Shown piece by piece: positions 1 to 10,565 of a DNA stretch of 64,000 nt; positions within the stretch are counted from its first letter, which is position 1, and the number at the start of each line of letters is the position of its first letter. The DNA lies in NCBI GenBank assembly GCA_030706385.1, contig JAUZOQ010000001.1:5575-69574 (forward strand). The letters run 5' to 3'. The position numbers and the translations under genes were made by a program. A model generated the notes under the pieces. It ran no database searches, had not been told where the DNA came from, and saw only the letters and a program-made list of their open reading frames with translations. Source of the stretch: Bacteroidota bacterium. GTDB lineage: Bacteria; Bacteroidota; Ignavibacteria; Palsa-1295.

Positions 1-1388
1 TTGAGGAGTGCAGAGATCGATCCGATAATACTATCGGTCGTGACGCGCTTCCAACTGCTTCCATTCCATCGTGCAAGGTTACGGATATTCTGCCCGTCAA
101 GAGTTCTGAAGAGGCCTCCGACATACACACTGGTATCGCTTTCGGCAAGTAACGTCTCGACAATTCCACTAAGCCCGAGATATGGAGCCTTCCGAGTGGG
201 CACCCACAGAGAGTCTTCCCAGGAACAGAGAATGGTATATGATTCTTCGATCTGCGTTGTGCAGTAGAATTTTCCGTTAAGGAAGAACAGATTACTGACG
301 GAGGGAAGAAATTTCTGATAATTGTAATACGAATAATATTCAAGAGAATCTTGTCGTTCGAAACGATCGGACCATCCGCTTCCTGTCCATGAAACGACGG
401 AGTGTACTGCCAGCCGTCCGGCTTTTGTGAAGCTGCCTAGTAGGTGCATCATACCGCCGGCAAGGATAATAGAACTCACCGATCCAACAAGAACATCTTT
501 CGGACCTCCGAACCCGGACCACTGCTTGCCATCCCACGTGGCAATAGGGCCGATACCTTTCCCTCCGATACTATGGAACGTGCCTCCGACATAGAGCACA
601 TTGTTTTGCTTTGCAAGGGCATTCACATAGGGTGTGCTGTAGTCAGCTGGAAAATTACTGCCAAGCGAATGCCAGTCGGAATCGGCATCGCTCCACTGGG
701 CAAGAGAACTGATCAGCGAATCTCCAACTTTCTCGAAGGCTCCTCCGATAATGATGTCGCCGGATTCAATGATCACGGCATTGATCTGGCTATAGCCCCA
801 TGTATGCAGACGCTTGATCCCGCTCTTATACGTAAACCAATGATCGCCATCCCACCGTGCTATTCCTCCCAATCGTTGTCCGTTCGAAGAATCGAACCCG
901 CCGATAACGATGGGTTTGCCGTGATTCGGATAGAGCTTGGTGATCGATACTTCGGAGAATGTCGTATCGTTGGAGTGGGCGAAGAGCGGAGGAATTCCTA
1001 AGCTGACCCAATCGGTGCCGTTCCATCGCGCAATTCCGTTTATGGTATCGCTGCTTAGCCGTTGAAAAACTCCCCGTGCATAAAGGCCGGTAGAATCGGC
1101 GGCGAGAAGCCATGAAGTGCCGACTACGCGCTCGACCGTCGGAATCCAGGCCGAGCCATTCCATCGAGGAAAGGTATTGGTCGAAATACTATCCTCAAGC
1201 GATTCGTATCCGCCGCCGGTATAGATATCACCGGTTGGACTGAGAACAATATTGCCAACATATCCCGGAGGATAAAATCGTGCGTCCCAATTTTCATTTC
1301 CTTGAATCGTTTGGGAATATGCCGCCACCCATAGTGCTCCGCAACTGAGAGCTACGATAAATAAAGAGCGGATGACGAAGTTGCGCAT
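1..1388 (-). CDS. secreted repeat (beta-propeller-like) protein; N-terminus in window, C-terminus beyond the window edge
   Basis: Hand translation of the minus strand from ATG at 1386-1388 gives MRNFVIRSLFIVALSCGALWVAAYSQ (signal peptide), then repeated ~50-aa units with recurring ARWNG/ARWDG...W and (Y/I)(V/I)GG motifs. The frame stays open to position 1; segments at 601-660 and 1141-1200 were checked and hold. It is absent from the ORF track because it runs off the window edge. The plus-strand ORFs 1..267 and 444..1001 are antisense to it. Confidence 0.55.
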   Translation of the reverse strand, partial: MRNFVIRSLFIVALSCGALWVAAYSQTIQGNENWDARFYPPGYVGNIVLSPTGDIYTGGGYESLEDSISTNTFPRWNGSAWIPTVERVVGTSWLLAADSTGLYARGVFQRLSSDTINGIARWNGTDWVSLGIPPLFAHSNDTTFSEVSITKLYPNHGKPIVIGGFDSSNGQRLGGIARWDGDHWFTYKSGIKRLHTWGYSQINAVIIESGDIIIGGAFEKVGDSLISSLAQWSDADSDWHSLGSNFPADYSTPYVNALAKQNNVLYVGGTFHSIGGKGIGPIATWDGKQWSGFGGPKDVLVGSVSSIILAGGMMHLLGSFTKAGRLAVHSVVSWTGSGWSDRFERQDSLEYYSYYNYQKFLPSVSNLFFLNGKFYCTTQIEESYTILCSWEDSLWVPTRKAPYLGLSGIVETLLAESDTSVYVGGLFRTLDGQNIRNLARWNGSSWKRVTTDSIIGSISALL

Positions 1389-1533
1389 AGCGGCACGAAT
1401 AGTATCTTTATCGAACACTAAATCTACGAAATTCCTGGGGCGAATACAAGTCAATAATTATTGCCCGATCCGGATGGCTTTTGCCGGAACGGAATCCCGT
1501 TCTTTTTTCTTACTTCGGTTAGGCAAATCTAAC

Positions 1534-3819
1534 ATGCAGAAGTCTTTCATGCGGAGTGTCCTGGCTATGGCATCGGTGCTGATTCTTCAGCACGGAGGAA
1601 CGACGCTATACGCTCAACAAGGGCATGGTTATGCGTCCTTTCTCCCCAATAGCAAGATCCACTATATCGGCGAACTCGATACCCTGGGCGAGTTCACATG
1701 TTCAGGCTCTAGCTGCCAATTTACTTCTTTCTATCAGGGAAGATCCGGAAAATTTACCTACGTATATCCATACGGCTATTCGGGAAAGGAAATCCGTGGC
1801 TATGTTATGTATACGCCGACAAGTCTGGAAACTGTCTTTGATACCGTAACCTTTCATGCTTATAGTCAATATGATGGTTCGGGTTGCCAATACGGTGACA
1901 TAGAATGGAACCTAACGGCATTCGGAAGCGGCGCAAGCGATTCTGTTTTTTTTATGAGGCCGACCTACCAAAATATTTCGATCCGAAGCGACAGTCTTCT
2001 TCCCCAATGGGATCAGCATTTTCAAATATCATTTGATAATAATACATCTGTTCCGACAATGATAAAGGGATGGAGAATTAATGAAAATACCGGCTCGTAT
2101 ACCTTGCAGGCATTCGTGAATAATAAACCGGTGGATTCCTATCTCGCCAAGGCTCACGAGCGCCTGATTCCGATTGACTTCCTGGTCACCTTCAAGCACG
2201 GACCGATCTACCAGGATACTGTTCGGCATGCCATATTCGAGGCGACGATCACTCGGAACGGACGCGATTCGATATGCCGCTCGCTTCTCGATCTGAGCAT
2301 CAGCAAAGCGCCGTACACATTTCGCTCCATGATCAGCGAGAACTCCGTGTACTTCACGAATAACCCCGGAACGTCCGATTCCGAGATCATCACGATCAAT
2401 CTCGATCCTGCGACAACAGCTCATACGTTCGGAATCCTCTCGCATCCGTTTTCCTTGCGCGAAGTAAAGACGAGTGACTCGACGACTGCTGTAATCATTA
2501 CTTGTCATCCAAGAACCGGCGGAAAGTACGCTCAGAAATTACGGATCGAATTCACAAAACCAGATTTCAATGGCGATCCGCGTATCGATAGTCTTTTTAT
2601 TTCGCTTCATTCCGATGCCAACTGGCTATACGATGAGCCATTCTGGGAGCCGGCTACATTGACAAGGCGTGCCGAGGCATTATATAGCACAGAGATCGGA
2701 AACATCTTCACATGGACGGGAAAGCAGCTCTATCATTCGGGTGATGCCGGATCATCGTGGGTGAATATGCCCACTCCGGATTCGGCAAATTATGGATTTG
2801 CAATCGGTAAGAATGGGGATCTGTACAGGATCAATGCGTACCGTCAACTGTGCAAGTCCGCAGATGATGGATTGACGTGGACCTTTCCTTCTGTTCCGAC
2901 TTTCTGGATGAACTGCTATCCGACCGGCTACGTGAATTTAGATATCTTTGCTTTTGCCATCACATCCGATGCCCTCTATGTCTCGGCATCAAAGTTCGTA
3001 TCCTATCGCTGCGGAAGGTCCATGGTCAGCGGTGGAGGGCAAGGCACCTACCAACAACTCAACGGTGGAAACCAATGGCAAGGCATAAGCGATGCCTGCA
3101 GCCGAATATGTCTCGATTCTGCAGAGAATATCGTTTTGATCACCAACAACTCTATATACTATCCTGCACTCAGTCATCGTTGGTCTGCGCCTGATTCGAT
3201 CACGGCATTTGCCGTCGATACGTGGGGCAACTATATCGTCGGAACACAAGAGAGTGGCATGTATCGCTCCAGCGATAACGGGTACTCGTGGCTTCAGATC
3301 TCCACTGCTCCGGAAATACGAGCAATTGCTGCTTCCCCTTCGGGAGAGCTTTTCTATTGCTCTTACGGAAATGGCGTCTTCCATTCAACAGACGACGGCA
3401 AGACATGGGAAGGGCTGAACGGAGGACTGACGACAAATACTGTGAACGACATTATTGCCGTTCCGGGAGAGCCGCTCTATCTTGCAACTGACGAGGAATG
3501 GGTCGTGCGATCGAAATGGATCGTACCTCTGAAGGATGCTGTACGAAAAGCTCCAAGCGCAGAGAACATAACATTCGATATATCTCCTAATCCCGTTCAT
3601 TCGAACATTACTATATCTTACAAACTTCCCGAGTTCATTTCCGGAGATCTTTCACTTCATGATGTTCTGGGAAATGAAGTTGCCGTTTGTCTTGGCACGC
3701 AGAACGTGCATGGTGAAGGCTCGCTTTCTATCGATCTATCCTCTCTGCCGGCAGGCATCTATTTTTTCAGGCTGCAGACGAATGCCGGAGTAATTACGAA
3801 GAAAATTATTCGCTACTAA
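1534..3819 (+). CDS. BNR/Asp-box repeat protein with T9SS C-terminal sorting domain
   Basis: The most plausible start is ATG 1534 ([29 protein letters not shown] signal peptide), in frame with track ORF 1372..3819. There are multiple S-x-D-x-G-x-(T/S)-W BNR motifs ([43 protein letters not shown]). The C-terminal ~80 aa ([14 protein letters not shown]...GIYFFRLQT) is a typical Por_Secre_tail domain. Confidence 0.7.
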   Translation: MQKSFMRSVLAMASVLILQHGGTTLYAQQGHGYASFLPNSKIHYIGELDTLGEFTCSGSSCQFTSFYQGRSGKFTYVYPYGYSGKEIRGYVMYTPTSLETVFDTVTFHAYSQYDGSGCQYGDIEWNLTAFGSGASDSVFFMRPTYQNISIRSDSLLPQWDQHFQISFDNNTSVPTMIKGWRINENTGSYTLQAFVNNKPVDSYLAKAHERLIPIDFLVTFKHGPIYQDTVRHAIFEATITRNGRDSICRSLLDLSISKAPYTFRSMISENSVYFTNNPGTSDSEIITINLDPATTAHTFGILSHPFSLREVKTSDSTTAVIITCHPRTGGKYAQKLRIEFTKPDFNGDPRIDSLFISLHSDANWLYDEPFWEPATLTRRAEALYSTEIGNIFTWTGKQLYHSGDAGSSWVNMPTPDSANYGFAIGKNGDLYRINAYRQLCKSADDGLTWTFPSVPTFWMNCYPTGYVNLDIFAFAITSDALYVSASKFVSYRCGRSMVSGGGQGTYQQLNGGNQWQGISDACSRICLDSAENIVLITNNSIYYPALSHRWSAPDSITAFAVDTWGNYIVGTQESGMYRSSDNGYSWLQISTAPEIRAIAASPSGELFYCSYGNGVFHSTDDGKTWEGLNGGLTTNTVNDIIAVPGEPLYLATDEEWVVRSKWIVPLKDAVRKAPSAENITFDISPNPVHSNITISYKLPEFISGDLSLHDVLGNEVAVCLGTQNVHGEGSLSIDLSSLPAGIYFFRLQTNAGVITKKIIRY

Positions 3820-3844
3820 GAGCATAGGCCAGTCCGTCGTATTT

Positions 3845-6001
3845 TTGCACTCTATGACTCTTAAAACCGGCATTTTTCTCGTCGTACTTGCAGCAGCTTT
3901 CGGCGGTATCACCTATAATAGCAGGCGGCTGCTGGATTTCCTGCGGATCGGAAAGTGGACCGATCGCTTCGATAACGTCTACGAGCGGCTGCGCCGGACT
4001 TTTGTGATCGCCATCGGGCAATCGAAGATCATGCGCGATCCTGTTGCCGGCCCGATCCATGCTTTTATCTTCTGGGGATTTCTCGTTCTGATCTTCGCTG
4101 TGATCGAATCCATCGGCGAAGGGCTTTTCGGCCGATTCTCTCTTTCCTTCCTTGGCGGAGTCTATTCAGTCATTACTGTTTCACAAGATATTTTTATCGG
4201 GCTGATCGTCATATCGGTAGTCATCGCCTTATGGCGCCGTCTTGTGACGAAAGTGAAACGGCTGCAAGGCGATGAACATGAGAAGGCCGACGCGCAGCTC
4301 ATTCTTTATACGATTGCCGTTATCGTCGTTGCTCTTCTCATCACCAATGCAACTCGCATTGCAACGGGTGGAATCTATCCTCATGAAGTCCGGCCGCTGG
4401 CAAGTTTTTTTGCCGGGTTCATGTGCAACTGCAACAAGACTCTGGCATGGTATGAAGGATTCTGGTGGGTGCATATCGTCGCCGTCCTTGGCTTCATGAA
4501 TTACCTTCCGTACTCGAAGCATCTGCATGTGATGACGAGCATTCCGAATGTCTATCTATCGGATCTGCGCAGGAAGAATTATTTGAAGCCGATCGATTTT
4601 GCCGATGAGTCGCTCGCGCAATATGGCGTCAAAGATATCGAAGATATGACATGGAAGCAATTGCTCGATGGCGATACGTGCACGCATTGTGGAAGATGCA
4701 CATCGGTTTGTCCTGCGAATATCACGGGCAAGGTTCTCGATCCGAGATGGATCATTATTGCCACCCATCAACGGATGCTCGATAAGGCGCCGTACAAGGT
4801 TGCTGCCGGAGCGTACGGATTCGAATCGTGGGAAGATGCGATGTCCGGCAAGAATACGCAGCCCGCAGCGCTTAGCACCCCACTCACTACACCGGGCACA
4901 TTGCTTGGCATGCGGCCGCGCCTGACTGAAGAGCAGGTTGCAAGTAAGAATTTTATCGGTGATTACATTCCGCAGGAAATGCTCTGGCAATGCACGACGT
5001 GCCAGGCCTGCATGACGGAATGCCCGGTTTCGATCGAGCATGTCGATGAGATCGTCGATCTGCGCCGGAATTTAGTAATGATGGAAGCAAGCTTCCCGCC
5101 GGAGCTTCAATCGGCATTCAGCTCGATGGAAAATAATTATTCGCCCTGGGCATTCAGCCCCAGCGAACGAGCCGATTGGGCCGAAGGCATGGGCATCGAG
5201 ACAATGGCAGAATATTCAAACTCCGCTGAATCCCGACAATCGACAATCGACGATCGACAATCGACTCCAAAAGAAGAACTTCTTCTTTTCTGGGTTGGCT
5301 GCGCAGGCTCCTTCGATGCACGAGCAAAGAAGATCACGCAGGCATTCGCCGAACTCATGCAGATCGCAAAGATCAATTTCAAGATCCTTGGCACGGAAGA
5401 GAAATGCACGGGCGATCCGGCTCGGAGAATGGGCAATGAGTATCTTGCCCAGACTCTGATGAAGGATAATATCGAAACACTGAACCGCTACAACATCAAG
5501 AAGATCGTCACAACCTGCCCGCATTGCTTTAACGCGATCAAGAATGAATGGGGTGATTTCGGAGGGCATTATGAAGTTGTCCATCATACCGATTTCGTTG
5601 CCGACCTGCTCACGAAAGGTGAACTCGTTGTTTCCAACGATCTGCACGAGCGCGTGACCTATCACGATTCCTGCTACCTCGGAAGATCGAACGGCATTTA
5701 CGATGCTCCGCGCGCATCGCTGGAAGCGATACCGGGACTGGAGATCGTCGAAATGGAGCGGTCGAAATCGAAGGGGCTTTGCTGCGGCGCCGGCGGAGGC
5801 CAGATGTGGATGGAAGAAAAGGAAGGCAAACGCATTAACATCGAGCGTACGGAAGAGGCTCTTGCAACAGATGCAAAGACGATCGCCTCTGCATGTCCAT
5901 ACTGCATGACGATGATGACAGATGGGGTCAAAGCTAAACACGAAGCCGATAATGTGCGCGTGCGCGATATAGCAGAGATCGTGCTGGAAGCAGTCCGCTA
6001 A
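3845..6001 (+). CDS. membrane-anchored Fe-S oxidoreductase: polytopic NarI-like N-terminal domain fused to HdrD/GlpC-like 2x[4Fe-4S] ferredoxin + 2x CCG domains
   Basis: The N-terminal ~240 aa is hydrophobic with several TM segments and conserved His. Two ferredoxin motifs follow ([12 protein letters not shown] and [12 protein letters not shown]). Two cysteine-rich CCG-type regions are present (WVGCAGSFD...TTCPHC and CCGAGGG...CPYC). This architecture matches heterodisulfide-reductase-D/GlpC-like proteins fused to a quinol-interacting membrane anchor. Confidence 0.7.
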   Translation: MHSMTLKTGIFLVVLAAAFGGITYNSRRLLDFLRIGKWTDRFDNVYERLRRTFVIAIGQSKIMRDPVAGPIHAFIFWGFLVLIFAVIESIGEGLFGRFSLSFLGGVYSVITVSQDIFIGLIVISVVIALWRRLVTKVKRLQGDEHEKADAQLILYTIAVIVVALLITNATRIATGGIYPHEVRPLASFFAGFMCNCNKTLAWYEGFWWVHIVAVLGFMNYLPYSKHLHVMTSIPNVYLSDLRRKNYLKPIDFADESLAQYGVKDIEDMTWKQLLDGDTCTHCGRCTSVCPANITGKVLDPRWIIIATHQRMLDKAPYKVAAGAYGFESWEDAMSGKNTQPAALSTPLTTPGTLLGMRPRLTEEQVASKNFIGDYIPQEMLWQCTTCQACMTECPVSIEHVDEIVDLRRNLVMMEASFPPELQSAFSSMENNYSPWAFSPSERADWAEGMGIETMAEYSNSAESRQSTIDDRQSTPKEELLLFWVGCAGSFDARAKKITQAFAELMQIAKINFKILGTEEKCTGDPARRMGNEYLAQTLMKDNIETLNRYNIKKIVTTCPHCFNAIKNEWGDFGGHYEVVHHTDFVADLLTKGELVVSNDLHERVTYHDSCYLGRSNGIYDAPRASLEAIPGLEIVEMERSKSKGLCCGAGGGQMWMEEKEGKRINIERTEEALATDAKTIASACPYCMTMMTDGVKAKHEADNVRVRDIAEIVLEAVR

Positions 6002-6012
6002 GCTTTACGATC

Positions 6013-6432
6013 ATGACGACAGACTTTCTCTACAACTTCATCTCCGGCTATAAGCTTGCCGTTCTCTCTTCCGTATCGGCCGATAATTTTCCGCAGTCTG
6101 CTCTCATCGGTTTTGCAGTCGCTCCCGATCTGCGTATAATTTTCGATACCGTTACCGATTCCAGGAAGTACCAAAATTTGATCGCCAATCCCTCGGCCTC
6201 TCTTGTCATTGGTTGGAAGGATGAACGAACGGTGCAGATCGAAGGAAGGGCCTACATTCCAAAGGGCGAGGAGCTTGAAGAACTGAAGAGAATTTATTAC
6301 CGGGCCTATCCCGATGGCTGGCAGCGCGCTGCTTCATGGCCGAACCTTGCATATTTTTGTGTGAGGCCGGAATGGATTCGCTATAGCGATTACAATACCG
6401 ATCCTCCCATGATCTCGGAGATCCGTCTTTAA
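6013..6432 (+). CDS. pyridoxamine 5'-phosphate oxidase-like FMN-binding split-barrel family protein
   Basis: 139-aa product starting 12 nt after the Fe-S oxidoreductase stop. Size and pattern (SALIGFAV...IIFDT...) are consistent with the PNPOx-like/general stress protein 26 fold. This is a family-level call only. Confidence 0.45.
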   Translation: MTTDFLYNFISGYKLAVLSSVSADNFPQSALIGFAVAPDLRIIFDTVTDSRKYQNLIANPSASLVIGWKDERTVQIEGRAYIPKGEELEELKRIYYRAYPDGWQRAASWPNLAYFCVRPEWIRYSDYNTDPPMISEIRL

Positions 6433-6524
6433 ATGATTAACTATTTCTCATTGAAAATAGTAAACAATTCCTGCCGAAATTGCGTCTGTACTATAGTATT
6501 CAATTTCCCTAGTTTGGACGTAAC

Positions 6525-6887
6525 ATGAAGACATCATATTTTTCAGTTGCCCTTTTAGCTCTCGTAGTATTTGCATCCGGCTGCGGACCATCCCTCGAAC
6601 AGAGACGCGAGGAGATCGATAAAAGCATGAAAAGCTGGATCGGCAAATCCGAGAATGAACTCGTCGCACGATGGGGAGTACCATCGAAGACTTACAAGAC
6701 TAACGACGGTACGCGCGAACTTACCTACATCTATAAGCATACATCAAGCTCGCCGGGATATAGCTGGGTTGATTACTGGGGAAATGTTCATTACTCACAT
6801 CCCGTCCGGCATCAAAAAACAACGGAACGCAGTTTTACGGTCGATCAGACAGGGACGATCGTGGACTACCATTGGGAGGGATTCTAA
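6525..6887 (+). CDS. small lipoprotein of unknown function
   Basis: N-terminal signal peptide with lipobox (VVFASGC), 120 aa, no recognisable catalytic motif. Confidence 0.5.
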   Translation: MKTSYFSVALLALVVFASGCGPSLEQRREEIDKSMKSWIGKSENELVARWGVPSKTYKTNDGTRELTYIYKHTSSSPGYSWVDYWGNVHYSHPVRHQKTTERSFTVDQTGTIVDYHWEGF

Positions 6888-6957
6888 GAGCTAATTATTT
6901 CACTTCTTTTTCAGTTGTAAAGGGGAATAGAAATATTCTCCTTTTTCATTTCCACCA

Positions 6958-7353
6958 ATGAACAAAGACTTTAGTAAAGAAGAACTTCGCTCACGGCTCA
7001 CGCCGGAGCAATATTACGTTACGCAGGAAAAGGGCACGGAGCGTGCATTTACCGGTGCGTACTGGGATAACCACGAGCACGGAGTCTATCATTGTATCGT
7101 CTGCGACACGCCGCTGTTCGAATCGGAAACGAAGTTTGACTCGGGTTGCGGCTGGCCAAGTTTCTACAAGCCTACGAAAGACGTCGTTGTCAAAGAATCC
7201 AGCGACCTTGCTTTCGGGATGCTGCGGACGGAGATCACTTGCGCAAATTGCGGCGCTCACTTAGGACATGTTTTCGATGACGGTCCTGCTCCTACAGGAC
7301 TGAGGTATTGTATCAACTCTGCATCGTTGAAGTTCGTACCCGATGGCAACTGA
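6958..7353 (+). CDS. msrB: peptide-methionine (R)-S-oxide reductase
   Basis: Full-length MsrB: two CxxC zinc motifs ([25 protein letters not shown]), the catalytic RYCINSASL region and typical ~130 aa size. Confidence 0.9.
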   Translation: MNKDFSKEELRSRLTPEQYYVTQEKGTERAFTGAYWDNHEHGVYHCIVCDTPLFESETKFDSGCGWPSFYKPTKDVVVKESSDLAFGMLRTEITCANCGAHLGHVFDDGPAPTGLRYCINSASLKFVPDGN

Positions 7354-8305
7354 ACCGAAAAAGCAGCCGGTGCAAGTGCCGGAGTTGGGATATGGTACTC
7401 GTGCAAGCACGGGGCATCAACGCCTTGTTAATCCTGACGGCTCATTCAATGTGCGCAAGAAAGGGACACGGAAGGTACATATTTCCGATGTCTACCATGC
7501 GCTTATCTCTCTGGGATGGTGGAAGTTCTTCGGAATTGTGTTCGGCTCATTCGTCCTTCTGAATTTTATTTTTGCCGGCATTTATTATTTCCTTGGTGCT
7601 GAAAATCTCGCCGGCGTCATCGGTAAAACTTCATCGGAGAAATTCTGGGAATGTTTTTTCTTCAGCTCTCAGACACTTACAACGCTCGGTTACGGAAGGA
7701 TCAGCCCCGTCGGTGCAGCCTCAAGTACGGTTGCGGCCATTGAATCGATGGTCGGCTTGCTTTCCTTTGCACTCTCAACCAGCCTGCTCTGGGGACGTTT
7801 CTCCAGGCCGACTGCGAAAGTGATCTACTCTCAGAATGCCCTCATCGCACCATATCGCGGATTTTCGGCTCTTATGTTTCGTGCAGTCAACGGAGGAAGA
7901 TCGCGACTGATCGAGATCCAAGCCGATGTTACTATGGCCCGCACAGAGAAGATCGAGAACCTGCAGCAGCGAAGATTTTACCGCCTCAAACTGGAGATAA
8001 GCAGTATCAGTGTGCTCCCTACGAGTTGGACGATCGTTCATCCGATCGACGAAGAATCTCCGATGGCCGGAAGGTTGCAGCAAGAGATCAATGACGAGGA
8101 CACGGAGGTATTGGTGATGCTTAAGGCATTTGACGAGACGTACTCGCAGACAGTGTATTCACGAACATCCTATAAATATCATCAAATCGTCCACGGTGGG
8201 AAATTTTTGCCGATGGTCGAAGATGATCCTGATGGTGTTATCGTACTTGATATGGATAAACTGGATTCGTATCAGAATGTGACCCTTCCGCCGAATTCCA
8301 ATTGA
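7343..8305 (+). CDS. KirBac-type inward-rectifier potassium channel
   Basis: Two TM helices flank a pore loop carrying the K+ selectivity filter TTLGYG ([14 protein letters not shown]). The long C-terminal cytoplasmic domain is typical of the Kir/KirBac family. The start overlaps the msrB stop by 11 nt. Confidence 0.75.
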   Translation: MATEPKKQPVQVPELGYGTRASTGHQRLVNPDGSFNVRKKGTRKVHISDVYHALISLGWWKFFGIVFGSFVLLNFIFAGIYYFLGAENLAGVIGKTSSEKFWECFFFSSQTLTTLGYGRISPVGAASSTVAAIESMVGLLSFALSTSLLWGRFSRPTAKVIYSQNALIAPYRGFSALMFRAVNGGRSRLIEIQADVTMARTEKIENLQQRRFYRLKLEISSISVLPTSWTIVHPIDEESPMAGRLQQEINDEDTEVLVMLKAFDETYSQTVYSRTSYKYHQIVHGGKFLPMVEDDPDGVIVLDMDKLDSYQNVTLPPNSN

Positions 8306-8318
8306 GAGCTTTCCCTTT

Positions 8319-8978
8319 TTACATCATTCGGACTACTTCATCGACTAATTTTTTCACACCTTCAAAAACTTCATTGATCGGCGCATCGCCATACATATAG
8401 GCGGGAGTCGTCACAAGATTATTATTCGAATCGATGTGGATCTCGTTCGGCCTAGTTACAAAATGCGTATGTCCGAGCTTCCGCATCTCTTCCGCTTCGC
8501 CGCCTTCGGCACCAAGGGTGAGTTCGAGTTTTTTTCCTTTGAGAGCAAGTCCAATGAGCGCAGGGGCTATACAGATAGCACCTATCGGCCTGCCATCGCC
8601 ATGCATTGCGGTGATCTCATTGTGCAGTTCTTTGTATATAACCGAACCTGATGCGCCATCGGCGGCGAAGGTGCAGAGATTTTTCGCAACACCAAATCCG
8701 CCCGGCATGATGAGGGCGTCATAATCGTGATCGGGTAATTCAGAAAGCGGCGCAATCTTGCCGCGTGCAATTCGTGCCGCTTCGACGAGCATGTTGCGCG
8801 TATCGCCCGTAGCTTTATGAGAGTAATGATTCATTACTACCGGTTGGGGCTCATCGGGCGCAAAGATCTTTACTTTCAGATCATGCTGCGAAAGAGCCCA
8901 AAGTGTGGCAACGGATTCCCGTATCTCCGCGCCATCCAAATATCCGCATCCGGATAAAATTACTGCAATGGTTTTCAT
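8319..8978 (-). CDS. elbB: DJ-1/PfpI-family glyoxalase ElbB-like protein
   Basis: 219 aa, MKTIAVILSGCGYLDGAEI... with the conserved nucleophile-elbow Cys (AICIAPAL) of the ElbB/DJ-1 class I glutamine amidotransferase-like fold. Confidence 0.75.
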   Translation of the reverse strand: MKTIAVILSGCGYLDGAEIRESVATLWALSQHDLKVKIFAPDEPQPVVMNHYSHKATGDTRNMLVEAARIARGKIAPLSELPDHDYDALIMPGGFGVAKNLCTFAADGASGSVIYKELHNEITAMHGDGRPIGAICIAPALIGLALKGKKLELTLGAEGGEAEEMRKLGHTHFVTRPNEIHIDSNNNLVTTPAYMYGDAPINEVFEGVKKLVDEVVRMM

Positions 8979-9065
8979 TGTGGGAAAATAGCATTATGCT
9001 GAACACAAAAATACTATATATCCCAACTGCAACTGAGAATTCGATACAGAAATCAGATCGCGAAC

Positions 9066-9112
9066 GCAAACAAATAATGCCGGCTTCAAGCGAGGCCGGC
9101 ATTATTCTTCTC
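9066..9112 (-). terminator. palindromic hairpin terminator downstream of the phosphoesterase gene (bidirectional)
   Basis: TGCCGGCttcaagcgagGCCGGCA hairpin at 9078-9101, flanked by a U-rich tract on either strand (ttattcttctctc on plus, ttatttgtttg on minus). Confidence 0.4.
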
Positions 9113-9149
9113 TCTCTTGTACTCTTCGGTTAGTGAAGAGCGCTTGTTA

Positions 9150-10565
9150 TTATTCCCACTTTAATGCATTCGTGAAAGGATCGGCTGCTGCATCACGCGT
9201 GCCGAGCGGGGTGAGGCCCCAACGTTTTTCGATGAAGGAAAGGATCGATTCGGTTTCGTACTGCGTATGATCGATCCCTTTGTTTGCGAACGGAGAGATG
9301 ATAATTCCCGGAACGCGCGAACCTGGTCCCCAACGATCGATCACGGGAGGCGCAACGTGGTCCCAGAATCCGCCGTGTTCATCATAGGTGATGATCACAA
9401 CACAATCCTTCCACACTGAACTTGCCTTGATTCTCTTGACCAGATCTACTAAGTACGTATCGCCGGTGAGTACATCGGTATAACCCGGATGTTCGTTGTC
9501 AATTCCGTATGGCTTCAGAAATGTGACAGCCGGAAGTGTTCCGTTTGCAAGAGCAATATTGAAATCGGCTTCATCTTTCAAATGCTCTGCCTTTGCCTGT
9601 GTCCCATCGGCATAATTCGCAAAAAAGGCGAATGGCTGATGATGGAATTGGAAGAGCGGGCCCGGATGCCCTGCGAGGGCGTCGTTCCACCCGCCGGAAT
9701 ACCATGCCCACGTAATGCCTTTATCACTGAGTTTATCTCCGATGGTTGGAAAGGTTAGATTCGGAATTAAAGTCGCAGGATTTGCCGTGCTCGGATGAGG
9801 GTTATTGACCGTAAAGGATGTATTGACGACGTAGTAATCGGGTGTCAGATTTTTATCGACGATCGGATTACCTTTGGCATCAAGCACGGAAACCATACTT
9901 GAAGGGGCGCCGGTCCAGCGCGGTGTTTGCGCTGAGATCAACCAGATGTGGTTCAGGAATGAACCGCCGAATGCGCTGTGGAAAAAATTATCGCATAACG
10001 TGTAGTCCTTAATATCGGATAAGAGTGCATTCATCGGAAGTTGCGCAGTATGGTAGTAGCCCATGGAAAGCCCTTTCGCATCGCTGATCGCTGCAAAGTG
10101 ATCCATTTTCCCGCCATCGATTTGATTTTGTTCCTGGTAGAACTTATGCACGAGGTCCCGCGTAGTTTGGCCGATCGGCTTCAATGTTCCGATATCAAAC
10201 GGAGCATTCGGGAGCACCGGGATCGGAACAAAGCTTGGGTCTGACCACGGAAGTGTTGCATACGGAGTACCGGTAGCCGTATCGATCTGTGTATACTGAA
10301 GCGGAGTTGCATTCGCTAATCCGTTCGCTCCGGGAAACTCCCCGTAGAGATTGTCGAAGCTATGGTTTTCCATGTAAATGACAATAACATGGTCAACCTT
10401 ATTGATCCCTTTGTTATCGTGATTTTCCTTGTTAATTCCTGCGGGGTTGGAGTTGAGCAGCGATGAATCTTTCGAGCAGCCTGAAACGATATTTAGCGCT
10501 GCGATAAGGCAAACGAATACTGCGAAAGAACGCAGTGGGTGAAGATGTTTGTATGTCGTGTTCAT
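9150..10565 (-). CDS. phosphoesterase-family lipoprotein (AcpA acid phosphatase / non-haemolytic phospholipase C family)
   Basis: Signal peptide plus lipobox (NIVSGCS). Hallmark IYMENHSFDNLYG motif of the PLC/AcpA phosphoesterase family. C-terminal DHV...PGSRVP region, 471 aa. Confidence 0.75.
   Translation of the reverse strand: MNTTYKHLHPLRSFAVFVCLIAALNIVSGCSKDSSLLNSNPAGINKENHDNKGINKVDHVIVIYMENHSFDNLYGEFPGANGLANATPLQYTQIDTATGTPYATLPWSDPSFVPIPVLPNAPFDIGTLKPIGQTTRDLVHKFYQEQNQIDGGKMDHFAAISDAKGLSMGYYHTAQLPMNALLSDIKDYTLCDNFFHSAFGGSFLNHIWLISAQTPRWTGAPSSMVSVLDAKGNPIVDKNLTPDYYVVNTSFTVNNPHPSTANPATLIPNLTFPTIGDKLSDKGITWAWYSGGWNDALAGHPGPLFQFHHQPFAFFANYADGTQAKAEHLKDEADFNIALANGTLPAVTFLKPYGIDNEHPGYTDVLTGDTYLVDLVKRIKASSVWKDCVVIITYDEHGGFWDHVAPPVIDRWGPGSRVPGIIISPFANKGIDHTQYETESILSFIEKRWGLTPLGTRDAAADPFTNALKWE

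Noticed and set aside
444-1001. 185-aa plus-strand ORF (and 1..267 plus, 826..1164 minus) at the left edge
   Set aside because: These are fully antisense to, or out of frame within, the long signal-peptide repeat protein that reads through this region on the minus strand. They have no start context and no recognisable protein features.
2029-3600. Multiple 60-160 aa minus-strand ORFs inside the BNR/T9SS gene
   Set aside because: They are embedded antisense in a long, motif-rich coding frame and are compositional artefacts of a GC-moderate gene.
5234-5266. Possibility that the CGACAAT repeats are a mini CRISPR or other array
   Set aside because: The units are only 7 nt, perfectly tandem with no spacers, and lie inside a conserved coding frame. 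This is a simple microsatellite, not CRISPR.
4229-5941. Minus-strand ORFs up to 241 aa (for example 5216..5941) inside the Fe-S oxidoreductase
   Set aside because: They lie antisense to a frame carrying clear ferredoxin and CCG motifs. The Cys/Arg-rich translations are typical shadow ORFs.
8903-9133. 76-aa plus-strand ORF in the elbB / phosphoesterase intergenic region
   Set aside because: It overlaps the palindromic terminator hairpin and the elbB promoter region. It is low-complexity, with no support.
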